Below, one piece after another: positions 35,268 to 46,680 of a DNA stretch of 64,000 nt; the first letter of the stretch is position 1; the number at the start of each line of letters is the position of its first letter. The translations under genes were made by a program, and so were the position numbers. Origin of the DNA: Pavona decussata. Lineage: Eukaryota. The notes beneath the pieces were generated by a model, which made no database searches, had not been told where the DNA came from, and was given only the letters and a program-made list of their open reading frames with translations. Location of the stretch: positions 124,001 to 188,000 of the forward strand of contig CDRNST010000306.1 in the NCBI GenBank assembly GCA_977016875.1, read 5' to 3'.

Positions 35268-37399
35268 TGTATGCAACTTAAACAGTTGCGAATGGAAGCC
35301 TGTTTTTCCGTTGCTCAATGTGCGTCGATAAATGAGCTTATTCAGGGCTTTCTTTTTTGCGATATTGATAAGTTCCAAGTCTTTCATCTATCAATTCTTT
35401 CATCCGCAATTTCTATATATTTTATATTTATTTGACTCTACGTTAACTCTTCAGTGAAATTGGAAACTGAACCGCCTTCGACAAGTACAATAATTCTTGA
35501 ATTCAGATAAACAAGGTGGTAAGCCCGCTTTGTGAATTACTCCAAGTCAAACGCCATTTTTCGTCGAATCTTTTAACGTCTTTAATGTTCAAAACTATGA
35601 GGCAACCTTGTGACATCTTTTTCCTACTGATCCATCCCAAAGAGAGTTTGCTTGCAGGCGAGCTGCGACAAAGAAATTCAGTGCATCAACATTCAATATT
35701 GCCGTAAGGATGGCGTTAACAGCGATAAAGAACGCAAAACAGCTGGTAAATCCCTGAAAAAATATCTCCAAAATTAAGAATCCCCAAATCTTTTCCTGTA
35801 CGGTTGTGCTCTCTTATTATGACGCTAGTGTTCTATTCGTTGAGTGTCTTTCGCGGCCAATCTCAAGCCGGGGTCACTCCCTTTCCACCCCTCTTTAAAA
35901 AGGGATCCCTCATTTAAAATTTCCAGAATAGCGTTCGATTCCTAAGATTGTGAAACTCAGGGACTATAAACTACGCAATAATGGCTCTATACACCATATC
36001 TCGAACAGCCGATCTGACCATTTTTTAGGCCAATGCAACATTACGAAAAAACAAAAATGCCCCGCAACTGCCTCGCTGATAAGGCGTAAGATTGTCATGG
36101 GGGTTGCATTTCTGGAATTGATGGAATTGAATAAATCTCTAAACTAAACAAGAACAATAACAGAATATATTCTTCAGCACCAACAAATTTAGGAGAAGAT
36201 TGACAGCGCTTTCGAAACTCATCCAGGTCGACCCTTTTACAACGATACAACTGAATGATGAACAACCTCATTTTGTTTCAGCAGATATAAAAATAGTTCG
36301 GCAGTGAACAGCCCTTAACGATCAACAATTTTCGCTATCGATAAAAAGGTAAAATCCGTTTCTCCAAAGTTTGAATAATTTATCGGGGCCGACTTGAAAC
36401 TACTTTACTGAGTGGTACATGGTCAGTTCCGAGTCAACAGTGATTCAATCTCTATCATTTGAAAGTTAATCCAGTTATAAGTAGTTGTGTGAAACACATT
36501 GGTTAAGTTTGCCAAAAAAATTCAGCAACCGATACTTTAAGCGGGTTTGAAAAAATCAGTCATGGAGCAACAAGGCCATTATCGCCGACGCAATTAATTA
36601 AGGGTCTCCTCTACAAAATTAAACCCAGCAACACCAATTGTACGCTATCATAACGATGAAAATAATTGCCATGTAAAAGAAACCTGGTTTTATAAATTAT
36701 TTCAATTCAGTGTTGAACCTATTAAAAATATAATTATATCACAGTAACAAAGAAAACTATTCATGAAGTATAAAGTTCTTGCAATAACCCATATGTTGAT
36801 TAAACAAAGGGTCAACCAATTGGCAGCTAAATCTGAAAAACAACACCAAAAGGTTTACACCTCTGCATTAAAATTACAGTCATTCAAACTTAGTTTAATG
36901 TAAAGTTAGTTTTAATTGGTAGCGAGTGTTATCTTACCATTACACAAGAAATCAATTCTCCGTAAAAAATGAAATGTAGGTAGGCTCCCAGACAAAAGTA
37001 GGCAAAACAAATCCGTTTTGTTGATTTGATTTTCAGGCATCCAGTTGTCTCCTTCGAGGATTTAATTTGAGTTCTAAAACAATGCGTAAATGTTTACTAC
37101 CACAAAACAAAATATCCACTTACCACCGTATCATTACTTGCTAATAAGAAAGGAAACAAAGCCCGTTCGTTTTTAATTAACGTTTCTTTAAATAGTTAAT
37201 GTTAAGCAAGCTGTTCTCTAATAAAAAATACACACCAACATTGCTTGAGTCAACAATATGTTGGTAGGTAGGTGCGTAATAACTGTTATCTTCTGGTAAT
37301 TAAGGTGCTGATATCTGCATGAAAATTGGATTTTAAATGATGATTCCCTTATCAGCCTAAAAAGCAAACAGAATAAGCTCATCTCGGATAAAATCCACT

Positions 37400-39331
37400 G
37401 ACTAAGCCACTAAAAGTTCTAAAGTTTTACTTGGGGTGAAGTCTTGTTTGGCATGAAGAAGATTGAGATAACAGCGAATGCAAAGAACAAAGGCTTCATC
37501 TTCGTATGCTGATTGACGCGTTACTTTCTGGCATCAATAAAAATTATCATGACAAAGTTGTCAATGCAATTATCGACAATAATATTAGCATCAAATTGGT
37601 GTGGTTGTGGTTGAGAAGATGGAAGGTAAAAACGACAATAAATTTCGAGACTTGTTTCACGTCAGCAGTTGAGTCTACAAATTAGTCCGGAGTGTGGTCG
37701 GTCAAGCTATTAAGTGCTGCTTTTCTAGAACTGTCAAGACACAGTTACGTTCAACATAACGTTTCGGTCGTGCCAGCCAGGGTGCCCGTAATCCTAAAGA
37801 TCCTTAAAAGCCAATATAGCAACTGTAGTTTCTCCAACCATTTAACGTCAAAACATGTTGACGTCGACAGCTCGGCGTGTGACTTACTATTAAGGATTAG
37901 TGGAACATCTTTCACGCTGGTAGTGGACAATAAAACCGGAGCAGTTAAACTCCGAGTTTGGCCAGGTACGTCCTTGTTCATTTCGTCGCGAAGGAACTAA
38001 GAAACCGAAAACATATCGTAGAAGAATCGGAAGACTTCACAACCGGTAGAGCTTGGTTGACTAACTTGTGGGTGCGACAGGTCAGTATTCTAAAAGAAGT
38101 TTGGAAGTTGTTACGCCTACTGGTGTTGGTGTGGTTGTGCGATAAATATCATTTATGTACATACAGTGATTATCTTAAAAAGATTTCAGTGTGTTAATTA
38201 TACTGTAAAGATTATTCCAACAATCTTTCAGAGTTAAATTCAAAGGGAAGTTGGTTCGTGACATTTTTTTGTACGCCATTTAACACGGGATGCTCGGTTG
38301 ACAGGTCAGTTTCTCCGAGTCAAAACATAATGTTTTAATGCAGTTTCTACCTTGGTGTTTTCTCATAACAGGACCATACATTGAAGGAATTAATAAGTAA
38401 AATTATTTCCAAAGTAGATTCATAGTCTAATTGGAACTTCAACGGGATTTGGAATTGGGGAACGTGCACGGAATGGTACTTTACAAAATAAACATTACCT
38501 CAAATGGTCTACATTTGACAACAAACAGAAATTGTAGCAATTCTTCCAGGTAACTTCATGATTGCTCGTAATCTTGCATACGATCACAAAATTGTTTAGT
38601 CTAGCTGATTGTAGAACCACCCTAATGTAACAGTTCATGACCATGATGAAACATTTCTGCCTCTACTACATTAAGTGATGATGGAAGAAACGCTGTTCTT
38701 TCAAACATGGTGTGTAGGTAACCCTGCAAGTGAATAACAGAGATATTTTTTTTTTTAATGCTCCGGAAAATCTGTCCGCTAGGTTCAGTTGACAGTGTCA
38801 CCATAATTATTGCTTGTCAAAGAAGTAAAAGCACTAAAGGCACCTCAATTCTTTCTTGTTTGTTACTTAAAAATTGCGCCGAAAAATAAACACATTATCA
38901 GCCAACTGATAATACATAACACAGATAATAGTCAACTGAACACCCACAGACAAACTTCCAGTCAGTAAATGATTCCAACCATTTATTGACCCCAGTTTGA
39001 CCATGAAATGGAAGACTCTCAAGCGATACTTTTTATCGGCGCTGCATGTTCGTGGTCTTTTGGTAGTTTGACAGCGATCCTGAACCTTGTTTATTATTGC
39101 ACTGTTCAACATTTCCGGTGATTGGGGTGAAAGGACTACGAAAGAAAAACATGGTGTAAATGAGGCAATGAAATGGAAGTAGTCAGCCAGGTTGAGGGGC
39201 AACTCACTGATCTGCCTGAAGATGTCATTGTGTCTGAAGTAGACGTTTTGAACTGCTCACGGGGTTTCAGTTCCACGTCACGAAAATTCGGCTTTGATCG
39301 CCTTTGATTCAAAGGCGATACAAAGGCTGCC
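37400..39331 (-). pseudogene. Possible decayed type I membrane protein (Ig-like segments, S/T-rich stalk, TM)
   Basis: Minus-strand acceptor near 39332, then broken frames: SLSVGVQLTIICVM, FTCRVTY, VCKITSNHEVTWK, an S/T-rich tract, and hydrophobic LMLILLSIIALTT/FVMIIFI followed by ARK. Many stops and frameshifts. Confidence 0.3.
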
Positions 39332-40283
39332 TGAAACACGAATCAAAACATATCAAGGGTTACACAAAGCGTGTGACATTTCTTTAACGACTCTTTAGCT
39401 ATAAACTGAGGTATTATATCTTCCATGCCCATTAAAGGTACCTTTGCACAACATTATTGTAACATTTGGAAGCACAACAGTCAAAGAATAAAATCCCCTC
39501 AGAGATTTAAAATACAATTTATTCTCTGTTTATAAACTAACCTACCCCGTAGTAAGATTTTTAAATGCTCGACTTGTTTTATTGAGTAAAAGTCTCCAAG
39601 TGTCAAGTGACATTCTTGGTTGATGATGTCACAAAACGCGTGTCTTGAAAAAGAGGGTATCTGGACTCAAAAATTTTCCTGATCTACGTTTTTCATTAAA
39701 ATATTTGGTACGACGATACTAACGATTTACTTTTTTAGATTTTTGGCATTCGTTAGGTCATGTGATTAAAATTTTCCTAACGGTTAAGTCATAGAAGAAG
39801 GAAAATAAGAACGGTTTAGGTCACGTGACTAAAGCACTGATACTGAACCATGTATCAAATTTTTAGCCTTGGCAAGCCTACAACATATTTGAGTGGGTCG
39901 ATGCTTGACTTGATACCACTCAGCAACTTCGTAACAGTCAGTGAAAGGAACTTTACAATACCCGTAGCTTTACCGGCGTTGAAAAATGAAAATTTGGCTG
40001 TGGTTTTGAAAATTAAACAGATGCTTTTATTTTAGTGTTTGTTTCAATAGTCATGAAGGCTATCTTGAAAATCAGCTGAGCCAATCAGAGCTGCCCTCGA
40101 GTGTCATTTTCAAACAGTTTATTTGGCTCTGCCAAAGTTCCTCTTAAAATTCATTTTACTCTAACATGTACAAAAAAAAACTTTGAATTCTATATTGCCT
40201 ATACTAATACACCTCTCTCATCTTTCCAATATATTTCAGCTAGTCGACCGATCCAGTGCCTGTTTTGCGACGAAAGAACTGCC

Positions 40284-41186
40284 ATGAACAATTCAACATT
40301 TGCAGCTTCTTTTCCCATTAATCATCTTCAAGTAGTCTCGTGGTGTATAACATATGGCCTCGTGGCAGCAGTTACCATAACGGGTAACGCCCTAACCATT
40401 GCAGTGTTCTTACAAAAGAAACTTCCACGGCAATTCGGCGGGTATTTCCTTATTAATCTGGCAACAGCTGACTTAATGGTGGGAGCTTTGGCCCTACCAA
40501 TGTACATTTACATTGTATATGCATTCAATTATACTCCATCTAACAGCGATATTGTAATATTCCAACACGCTTACACAGTAGTTGATGTCTTCACTGGCTT
40601 AGCTTCAGTATTTACACTAGCTTGCATCGCGCTTGAAAGACTCTATGGTGTACTGTACCCTATACAATATCGCTGGAAGGCTAGCAAACGAGTTTATGTG
40701 ATCATCATAACAGCAGTGTGGGCCATTTCTGGTACAACAGCTATGGCTTACATTTTAAGCACACAAACTCTTCTATTTGTGCTTCCTGAGAAAACGTTCA
40801 CATACTACCTCACGGGGGTGTCGGTGCTCTCAGTTCTGGTGATATGTGCTGCCTACCTCGCCATTTTGTTACGTGTTCGTCTGTGGAATCAAACGAAGAT
40901 GGAGATTGCCGTGTCTAAGCAGGAAAATCGTCTAGCAACCGCTTTATTTATTATAACGGTTGTGTTTGTCCTGACGTGGAGTCCTTTTCACATCATGAAC
41001 ATTCTCGTAAACTTCAGCGAGTCTTTCCTGAAAAACTTTCCAGTGGACCTTGTTTACTTTGGAAAATTGCTTCATTACAGTAATTCTTTTGCTAACCCCG
41101 CCATCTACTCGCTTAAGGTCCCCGAATTTAGGATCGCTGTAAGACAAATGCTCTGCAAAAACTGGGTGAGAGAGACGCGGGTATAA
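40284..41186 (+). CDS. Class A GPCR 4, closest paralog of GPCR 3
   Basis: 7TM with NLATAD, D3.32, LERL, WSPFHIMNIL (shared with GPCR 3) and NPAIY; C-terminus ETRV. ATG at 40284 (gccATG, MNNST) follows an acceptor AG at 40238-40239. Confidence 0.95.
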   Translation: MNNSTFAASFPINHLQVVSWCITYGLVAAVTITGNALTIAVFLQKKLPRQFGGYFLINLATADLMVGALALPMYIYIVYAFNYTPSNSDIVIFQHAYTVVDVFTGLASVFTLACIALERLYGVLYPIQYRWKASKRVYVIIITAVWAISGTTAMAYILSTQTLLFVLPEKTFTYYLTGVSVLSVLVICAAYLAILLRVRLWNQTKMEIAVSKQENRLATALFIITVVFVLTWSPFHIMNILVNFSESFLKNFPVDLVYFGKLLHYSNSFANPAIYSLKVPEFRIAVRQMLCKNWVRETRV

Positions 41187-41533
41187 TCCTGCATTAACTA
41201 TCAGGATCGCGTACAAAACGAATCACTCAGCACGTGAGTTGAGTGTCAGTGTGATCCGGTGGGATTACGATGGCAAGATAGATTATTCAGTTTAGACTAA
41301 GTTATAACCAGAAAATAGGATTTGGTTATGCTTACTAGGGACACGGTCAGATTGTCTAGTAACTGAAGTCAGCTCTGATATCTTATTTAGTTACACAGGT
41401 ACGATTCCTTGACTAGTATATTTTTTACAGGCAAAGAATGTTCGGCTTCTTGTTAACGAAATAAATTTTTGAAGCGGCATTCATGGAAATAAAACTGCTA
41501 GGTCCAATGTACAAACGCTGCAGCGGCAGCATC

Positions 41534-41620
41534 AGTAGTAGTAGTAGTAGTCGCAATCGTATATCTACGTAAATTGTAGTCGCAATCGTAGTCGCACTTG
41601 TAGTCGCAGTCGTAGTAGTA
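41534..41620. repeat. (GTA)n and 12-bp gtagtcgcaatc micro/minisatellite
   Basis: agtagtagtagtagtagtcgcaatc...gtagtcgcaatcgtagtcgcacttgtagtcgcagtcgtagtagta. Confidence 0.8.
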
Positions 41621-42050
41621 TTCCTAAGGGAACTGGTGTTAGCATTTCATTAATCAAGCATTGTTTAATCAGTAAAATAGAAAACAACTGGTTATTACTG
41701 TGAAATAGCAACTGCTTGCGTAGCATGCTTGAACAAGGAGGGGGAGGGTTAAAACGTGGGGAATAGGGAACGCCTGCTCTAAGAAACGGGTTATTTACGT
41801 TATGCCTACCGATTGAGTCCAAGTAATCCAATTATCGCACTCTACACAGTCGCCGTCTGTACTTCCCTTCCCTCTCCGATGACGCCTACTAACCCTCCTA
41901 GGCAAGCTAATGATAACAAGTTAGAAACAGCTAAACTAATCTGTATTTCTCTGATAAAAGATATGCTTTACAAGTATGATGTATGTTTAAAAAAAAAAGA
42001 CGTTTTTCTTTCGTAATGCAGGTAAAAATTTCCATCATTGAAGCCTAAAG

Positions 42051-42278
42051 TACGGTAAATCCTCAAATGAGCTCCAGGGCGCTCAATTCAAATTATTTTT
42101 GAGTTGATAAGTGAAGTTTCTAGAGACTAAGAGGATATCTTCACTCTCCTTCAATATTTCAAGGTGTTTCAAAAGTTATGGGATGGAAGTACAGCGACGA
42201 TTTGCGGGACACATAAGGGGTCGCTACTCGAGTGGAACTCCTATTCTAGAGGGGGCGGTTATTCAAGGATTTACGGTA
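42051..42278. mobile_element. Degenerate TA-flanked MITE (CCGTA...TACGG type)
   Basis: Ends tacggtaaatcctcaaatga / ttattcaaggatttacggta. Same type as 60257-60640. Confidence 0.6.
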
Positions 42279-42452
42279 TGTCTTGATAGAGCGATTTTCG
42301 TTAGCCTGTGTAGCTGGCGGATGTTGAACGAAGGCGAAACTTTGGGCGAACAAGCAGCAAAGCCGTGAGCGGAATGGGGAAAAGGCGATTTGAAATCTCT
42401 TGTCGCGGCTATTTTCCAGTTAATTTGTTGTCCTAATTTTGTGCTCACTCAA

Positions 42453-42670
42453 GGACAGTGTCTACTAATACCGAAGATTTTTTGCGCGGTTTGTGACTAT
42501 GCGGAACTGAAGCAGATCTAAGCAAGGGCTATTGAAGTCCAAAAAGAAAATTGGGGGTAATCACGCATTTTTTAGATATAATTAAGCAACAATTGTTCTA
42601 AAAAGCAGTAAAATACAAAGCAATGTATGGTGTTTTTTCCAAATTGAAGCTTTATTTTCTCTGAAAAATC

Positions 42671-42704
<34 letters not shown>

Positions 42705-42848
42705 AAGCACTTGCTAAGTTCTGCTCTCTCCGCATAGTTTTAAACCGCGCAAAAAAATATCCCTGTATTAGTAGGTACCACCCATAGGAAACCCGAGTAT
42801 CTCGAGATGCGCAGAACGTATGCGCAGTAACGAAAGTAGGTACCTTCC
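42453..42848. mobile_element. MITE with TTAA-like flanks (Kolobok-like)
   Basis: Short TIRs ggacagtgtctact / agtaggtaccttcc flanked by tcaa/ttaa. Long internal inverted repeat: ttttgcgcggttt...tccaaaaagaaaattgggggtaa versus ttacccccaattttctttttgga...aaaccgcgcaaaa. Confidence 0.75.
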
Positions 42849-43253
42849 TTAAGGGTAAAAACGCGTCACGTCAGAGATGTCAGTTTTCCGTGCATAAGGT
42901 CCCTAACTTATCTCTATTACCCCGCTATGGAAAGCTGCTGTTCTTGAGTTTTTCTTCAAAACGGATATCCGTGGGCCCAAACTAATTCCCACTGTATACG
43001 TATCTGTCAAGAGAGGATCTGTATAGTGTGGCCGGGAGTGGTGCAAGTGGCTACGTGTAACAGTTGCTCGGTAACCGCGAAGTGTGAGCTTCTTTAGATT
43101 CAAGTAGAACACCAATTCAGTCAGCCACACTTTGAGGTATGTTTGTACTTCCCCAAAGGGTATGGTTTTTGAGCCGTTTTGGTTTGAAAATTATTATATA
43201 TCTTAACCACTTAGTTCTGAAGTCTAAAACCGTGTGTGGATTTTCGAGACCAG

Positions 43254-43472
43254 CGGTCTGTTTCTCAAAACTATCAAAGAATTTTTCGGCCTGGGAATTA
43301 TTATTCAAATTCATTTTCTGTCGATCGATCGTTCAAACTAGCCCATGGCGATTCTTAAAAGGTTTTAAAGTTTTAAATTTCAAATTTATTGAAATCCATT
43401 TTCTTTTAGTGAACATTGCAGTACGTAGAATAGTTTCTCGGGCCCTTTTCTGGAGCTTTGAGAAACGCATGC
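43254..43472. mobile_element. Degenerate Harbinger-like MITE (CAG flanks) nested in an older repeat (~43130-43703)
   Basis: Inverted ends gtttctcaaa / tttgagaaac with CAG on both sides. The surrounding sequence carries repeated tgaaaacgggtat motifs. Confidence 0.5.
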
Positions 43473-45319
43473 CAGATTAGAAAACGCTTGTAGATCTTGG
43501 TGAATTTATGACCTAGTTTTGAAAACGGGTATGGGTATTACAGGAGACTTCTGAAAACGGGTATCGGGTAAATTACATATCAGTTTAAATACATGTAACA
43601 CATTGCACATTTATTCTGAAAAAGGGTCAGGATTTGGAGGACCGCGCAGGACACTCTTACTAAACATTTTGAGGAGTAAACCTATCCACCAACCCCCTCC
43701 CGGTGCCGCAAGCATCACGCAAACACACGCCAAATCTTGCTTATTCTGCCGCTAAATCATATGGCTTCAGCTTGTTCTAAAGTAATCAAGAAGGGAGAAG
43801 AGAACCTTGTTTATTCGAATACGGTTTAATTAAAAAAGTTATGCACGTTTGAGGTACACGTCTTTCAGAGGACACACACTGTATTTCAGTGCCATTTAAG
43901 ACCATTTAATGAAAAAATTAATATACAACGAGTCTGATAAAAAAAAAACAACATACCGCAGTGGGAATCACACCAGCTGGACTGCCGATCATAAAAACAA
44001 ATTAACCAAGAGAACCAGATGAACCGCTTTATACAGAGTAATTGGAAGAGTTAAACGGTTTATGTCGATGACGGTTTGCCGGTCCTGAAACAGCGCAGGA
44101 GGACAAATTTCTGTCTCTACCTGAAAGCTTGTTATTCTTTGCGACTGAACTTTTGTGCTGTAAGGTATTCTAAATATTCATAACCGAGACACATTTCATT
44201 TTTGTTTTTGTTGTTTTAATGCTTTGCCTTCAAAAACAATATTTTAAATATAACAAGAAAATTCCAGTGCTGATACAGAGTGCGTGCCGCTTATCATTCA
44301 GAGTGTGGCTTAGTACGCAATGAAAACTAACCACCGTAAAAATATACAGCGACATAAACAAACGCAACGTTTACGCCCATTTACACTTCAAATTATAATT
44401 TTTGTTTTACACTTACCTCAGGCAGTGACAATTAAAACGACCTTTAAAGTAAACCGCCTACTTGGCACAATATTAAATATTTCATTAAATGTTTTTTATG
44501 TGGCATTTCGCTGGCCATGTAATGTTTGTTGGAACTTTAACTTGGCCGACGTTTGCTCGGCTGGAAAGCAAATGTTTTCTTCTTTTGTAATCGCTACAGA
44601 AAGGAATAATTAAACCAAACCAATGACTGACTGAAAGAACCGTATGTTTGAATATATGAAGGAACCTGGCCCTTCAGTCAGTTTTGCCGGTCATCTGCAT
44701 TCTAGCTCCTTCTTGGTTATCAAGCATCAACGGCTTGAAAAGGCGAGAGCCCTTGCTCATTCTACAAAACTGACGGCACTCTTTGCAAAAAGTGCCTACA
44801 GACATAAAATATATTCAGTCCACGACAGTAATAAACAATCGATGTATTAAGTTTACGCTCTCTTTTATTGAGAACACAACTACTTTTTGCTTGCTGCACT
44901 AATTGTACGAGATCTCCTTTAGTTGATCGCATTACAGATTGATCAATTCTTTTCCTTTCACTCAACCGATCTGCTGGAGTACTCGACGCTTTTGAAGAGT
45001 CCTCATTCGGCCTTATAAGGCAGTTTTGACATTCAATTATATCACCGACTCCGGTGCGACAAATCATGTAGACTGTTCTGAAAAGCACACAGACATACAC
45101 CAAAAAAGAAGCAGATCAAAATTTCACTTCCGGATCATTTCATTTATCCTACAGTTATACATCTCACAGTGTAATGTGGTTTCTAGTTTCTGGGTTTCAT
45201 GCAAATGAGTAGTTATTGACGCATATGACTGATCCATCAATATCAGTACCCCAGTCATGGGACGCTGAACATATGCTTCTTGGTATTTGCCAAATAACGT
45301 TGCAATTATTTTTAATTCA

Positions 45320-46680
45320 TTTTTTTCTTTTATCCACGTGCGTACCGTATACCCGTTGTCATTATTAACGTTTTAAACGTCTACGCTATCGAGTGTTCCC
45401 GCAAAATGCGCAGGCCGCATCAACCGCTGAGTAGATTGTGGGCAAGATTGCGCCTCTAGAAAGCGAAATTTAACACGAAAAAGCGATTATTCTACTTTAC
45501 TTTTATCATTTGTGTGACTGTCCCTAAGAAAAAAGGGGGCTATCTGTCCAAGGCTTAGCCAGAGAACGTGTCTACCACGATCCTGCGCCGTCACTGGTAC
45601 GAATATCGAGTGAACGCGGCGCAGCGAGGCTTTCAGGAATTCAATTAGCCTATTGTTCGTACAGGTAAACTAACACTAATGCCGATCAAAATATTGTAAG
45701 TAGATCAGCGATTTGCATATTCGCCACATCGCGGTTGAGAGCCCATTTCAGTGTAAATTAACAACACAAAGTTTCATTGCAGCAGTTTATAGCAAAGTAG
45801 TAACTGATTTAGAAGATTTCTACAAAAAAGTGAAAAAGGCGTACTCCCAATTGGATCACTCTAACAGGTAAGGATGTTCTCTTTTCCTTTGAAGCGGGAA
45901 TGGTTTTAGCTGTGTATTCCCTATAGACTATTCAAAGAGAACACGGTGCAGACTAAGTGACTGTTCGTCTATTTTAAATCATTCGCATTGTGCGGATATT
46001 TCTGTCACTGGTCGCAATTGCTCGTAGCAACAACTGTATTTTATGGTGGGTGCCCTTTATGTTTTCCACGGCCCTGCTGGAGTCATCACTTTGAACTGAG
46101 CCTATCGCCGTCATACGGCGTTTTCTATTTGTTTTGGTGTTTAGCGAATATAATCGCCGACTTGTTATCGGAGGAAATAGTTCGGACGCCGATGAGTTGC
46201 CATAGAAATGCTGATCTTTCACCAGTTCCCTTGCTTACAATCATAAGGGCGATTCTAAATTGTTTGTTTTTATTTTGCGTTGCTGATTTATTTCCAGGTA
46301 ATTCTGTGTTCAAGAGGAGCCTTTTAAAATTATTCAATGGTATCTCGTAATTAACGCCTTTTTTATTCATGCTTAAAATCTTGAATACTAGCAAAGAACA
46401 TTTTCGTTGCAAAACATTGAACCCGCTCAGCTGATTGTAAGGGAGTGTTCTTAGATCTCCGGCGAACACTTCTACACCATGGTACACAGTAACTTCGTCA
46501 AACGCAGCAATACATGATACAAAGTATGGCTTTCGCCTGAGTCATAATACCCGAATTCCGGTTTGCCTTCAAACTAATAGTTAAATGCTTGTCGCTCCAT
46601 TTTTACAAGTATACAGTCGCAATTCTATAGGCTTTTTCTCGCGATACTGCTCAGTGCATGAATAGAAACACAAGGAAAAA
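45320..46680 (-). pseudogene. Possible highly decayed TGF-beta-superfamily-like precursor
   Basis: Minus-strand fragments in the expected order: ELRLY (46611-46625), a long open tract, RKRR (46115-46126), *RRRIVVD (45570-45593) and W/IAP. Many stops; the cysteine pattern is not intact. Confidence 0.25.

Noticed and set aside
45975-46180. Sixth GPCR pseudogene on the plus strand (ILWWVPF, LANIIADLL)
   Set aside because: Motif-like words are in different frames and the wrong order, with no DRY or NPxxY.
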